From Sarea resinae (Eukaryota), in the NCBI GenBank assembly GCA_026026165.1, contig JAPEUD010000002.1, positions 1 to 64,000 on the forward strand: a stretch of DNA of 64,000 bases. Reading direction: 5' to 3'. The position numbers and the translations under genes were made by a program. Below are positions 61,700 through 64,000 of this stretch, piece by piece; position 1 is the stretch's first letter; each line of letters opens with the position of its first letter. The notes under the pieces are model-generated. The model was given only the letters and a program-made list of their open reading frames with translations. It was not told where the DNA came from and did no database searches.

Positions 61700-64000
61700 T
61701 CAATCCTCGAACGGACTTTTCTCATCCTTCTCTATATGCGAAGTGTCCGAGCTTGCTACCTGTCCCTCGTACACGCTGCCGTTCTCCTCCCTTTTGAGGA
61801 AGAGGTCGCGCGGGAACGGATACAGCGTCGGCTTTCGGGGCGGCGGTCTTTCGTGAGCCATTTGCCAGATGTTGGCCGTGATGCGCTTGCCTAGGGTATC
61901 GTTGAGTGGCGTCAAAAAGGGCAGCGATAGCAGCAGAACAGCGTAGCAGGTGATGGCCGTGATGAGCATGTTGGCCCAGTAGGGCACACCGCGCGTCGAC
62001 AGGAAGACACAGATCCACGAACCCCACGACCAGAACACAAAGCCGTGGATCAGGTAGATGGTGAAGATGTGCGGGAAAAGGAGCAGGAAGAGCTTGAACG
62101 AGAAGATCTTCTGCGCGAACGGGCTGATTTCAATGAGAGCCTGGAAGCCGACACAGAAGACTAGCCCGTTGATCTTTGGCACGTAGTACTGCGGGTAGCC
62201 TGGCGAAAATGTCTGAGCGATCGGCAGCCCGGATTGGATGTCGGGGTGGATGCCGTATTGGACGGTGGAGTAGTTGACACCCGTCCATTGGGAGACGAGA
62301 TCGTGGGTGAGACCGCCGATACCACAGGCCGCGCAGAATATCACAACAGGATAGTAGACCCAGAGGTGCGAGTAGAGCCATTTCTTGTACTTGAAGGTGA
62401 TGTCGAGATCGGCAAGCATGAGACCGAGCCAGAAGTACGAGCCCCACGAGAGCGCATACCAATGATTTACGACGACGAAGGCATAGAACGCGAAACGCTT
62501 CCAGGGCGTCTTGACCTCACGGATCATAATGACGCCCAGCAAAACAATCCAAGAGCCTTGCAGTTGCACGGGTACGGTCCAGAGAACACCAGTGCAGTAG
62601 TTGAAGGTGATCTGCGGAACGCCATTCGGGATCAGGTAGACGAGCTCCAGAATCTCGCTGACGAAGTTGCCGAAGCTGGTAAATTCGACGGTGAAGGGCC
62701 AGGTGGACCAGGTGACGGAGGGTAGATATTCGAGCCATTTCAGGGCACCCGCATCCGAGAAGAAATACTCGAGTAGGACGATGGCTGTGATGGGGATCAT
62801 AAGACGGAAGACGCGGCTAACGACCTTTTCGGCGACGCCGCTAAGCTTTCCGTTCCGGAGATAGCCCATCACAAGGAAACGAGTCGAACTGGTCAGGAAG
62901 GGACCGATCCAGTTCTGGTTGAGCAGGTAGGCATTGATGGTCTTGCGCGTCCACGTTTCGCTCTTGTAATGGGCATAGGAACCAGGACTGAAACTGGCAG
63001 GGACGAAGGTCAGGACGAAATGGGTCACCGTGACGATGATAGAGGACATGGCGACAAGACCAGCCAGATGGTCCACACGCTGCCTGACGCGCGGAAGAGT
63101 GGCTGCTTGCGCGGCAGTCGTAGGAGCTGTTCCCGGTGGTACGGCGGTGACCGTGACGTCGGCGTTTTTGCCCTTCTCGGAGGCAATCACGTTGGGAGCG
63201 TGAACGTGATGTTCTTGGACGATTTCATTCTCCGACGTCACGCCGACTGCGAGACCAGGTCGTGTCGCACCAGCGCCCTCGATCGAATATCTGATCTTTG
63301 TGACATTGCCCGTCTCGTCTGGCGGCCCATCGACTCTTTGGACGACCTGATCATTGACGGGCGTTGGAGGCCGCGTCTCGTACAGTGGCAGAGGAGTTTC
63401 GGCTCCTGAAGGGGCCATCTCTTCGGGGGTCAGATCTCCAGACGTCGGTCCTGACGCGCCGAGCTTCTTGACTCTTCTCTTTTCCTTCAACGCTATCACC
63501 TTCTGCCACGGCTTTCGCTGAATGATAGCGTTCACCACCAGGAAAGTGCTCATAGAGATAGACGCAACCGCTATCGCGATAGGCACCCATCGGGCGGACC
63601 AGTGGTAGGGCTTTTGCTTCCACTTCAGAGTGGCCGCCCCGGGGAATGCGGTCGACCCACGAAGCTTCAGATCTTCCATCGAACAAGCAGCATCTGCCTC
63701 GGCCACTTTCAGACACCGCTTGTCGAATTCCTTGTGGTCATCATGCGACATCAAAGACGAATTGAAGAACATTCGCACCCAACCGACGTTGGCAACCGAG
63801 GCATTTCTCGGCGGCCCTTGCATCGCATAGGTGTCACCTTGCGAGTGGTGCTTAAAGTACAATGGAAGCGGGACAGTAGGAAACCCGCTGTAGTGACTTT
63901 TTTTCACGGACCGAGTCAGGTTTCCGCCAATATAGAAGTTGATCTCTTTATTCGTCCAATCCATCCGATACTCGGTGTAGTTCCATAGTGACTCGGTTGC
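61700..64000 (-). CDS. GH16-like (ConA fold) plus acyltransferase-3 fusion membrane protein, 5' end outside the window
   Basis: The frame is open to the window edge: YTEYRMDWTNKEINFYIGG..PTVPLPLYFKH (GH16-like C-terminal strands), one TM helix, then RVDHLAGLVAMSSIIVTVTHF and multiple TM helices (RVFRLMIP, GVLWTVPVQLQGS). Confidence 0.8.
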   Translation of the reverse strand, partial: ATESLWNYTEYRMDWTNKEINFYIGGNLTRSVKKSHYSGFPTVPLPLYFKHHSQGDTYAMQGPPRNASVANVGWVRMFFNSSLMSHDDHKEFDKRCLKVAEADAACSMEDLKLRGSTAFPGAATLKWKQKPYHWSARWVPIAIAVASISMSTFLVVNAIIQRKPWQKVIALKEKRRVKKLGASGPTSGDLTPEEMAPSGAETPLPLYETRPPTPVNDQVVQRVDGPPDETGNVTKIRYSIEGAGATRPGLAVGVTSENEIVQEHHVHAPNVIASEKGKNADVTVTAVPPGTAPTTAAQAATLPRVRQRVDHLAGLVAMSSIIVTVTHFVLTFVPASFSPGSYAHYKSETWTRKTINAYLLNQNWIGPFLTSSTRFLVMGYLRNGKLSGVAEKVVSRVFRLMIPITAIVLLEYFFSDAGALKWLEYLPSVTWSTWPFTVEFTSFGNFVSEILELVYLIPNGVPQITFNYCTGVLWTVPVQLQGSWIVLLGVIMIREVKTPWKRFAFYAFVVVNHWYALSWGSYFWLGLMLADLDITFKYKKWLYSHLWVYYPVVIFCAACGIGGLTHDLVSQWTGVNYSTVQYGIHPDIQSGLPIAQTFSPGYPQYYVPKINGLVFCVGFQALIEISPFAQKIFSFKLFLLLFPHIFTIYLIHGFVFWSWGSWICVFLSTRGVPYWANMLITAITCYAVLLLSLPFLTPLNDTLGKRITANIWQMAHERPPPRKPTLYPFPRDLFLKREENGSVYEGQVASSDTSHIEKDEKSPFED

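Overview
Filamentous ascomycete (Pezizomycotina-like) genomic DNA with spliceosomal introns and RIP-type C>T/G>A decay. Bases 1-~22440 form a nested block of RIP-damaged mobile DNA. It holds two copies of a telomere-linked-helicase (TLH)-like element whose long ORF reads DUF3505-like domain + cryptic tyrosine-recombinase-like domain + RecQ helicase + Cys-rich tail, and an older diverged paralogue of that element. A complete 11.9-kb Ty3/gypsy LTR retrotransposon (390-bp LTRs, CTAG target duplication) interrupts the paralogue and carries an extra ~1,128-codon ORF with 2-oxoglutarate/Fe(II)-dioxygenase-like motifs in the env position. A 19-23-bp palindrome is shared by the helicase element and the region just upstream of that extra ORF. 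The rest of the window is ordinary gene-rich DNA: an ART-like pseudogene, a cupin / O-methyltransferase / Myb trio, a 49-aa spliced microprotein, a frameshifted APH-like kinase, a bromodomain protein, a methyltransferase, two paralogous hydrophilic proteins, a DUF2470 membrane protein, RPS8, a metallophosphoesterase and a partial GH16-acyltransferase fusion. All family assignments come from motif recognition by eye; no searches were run.
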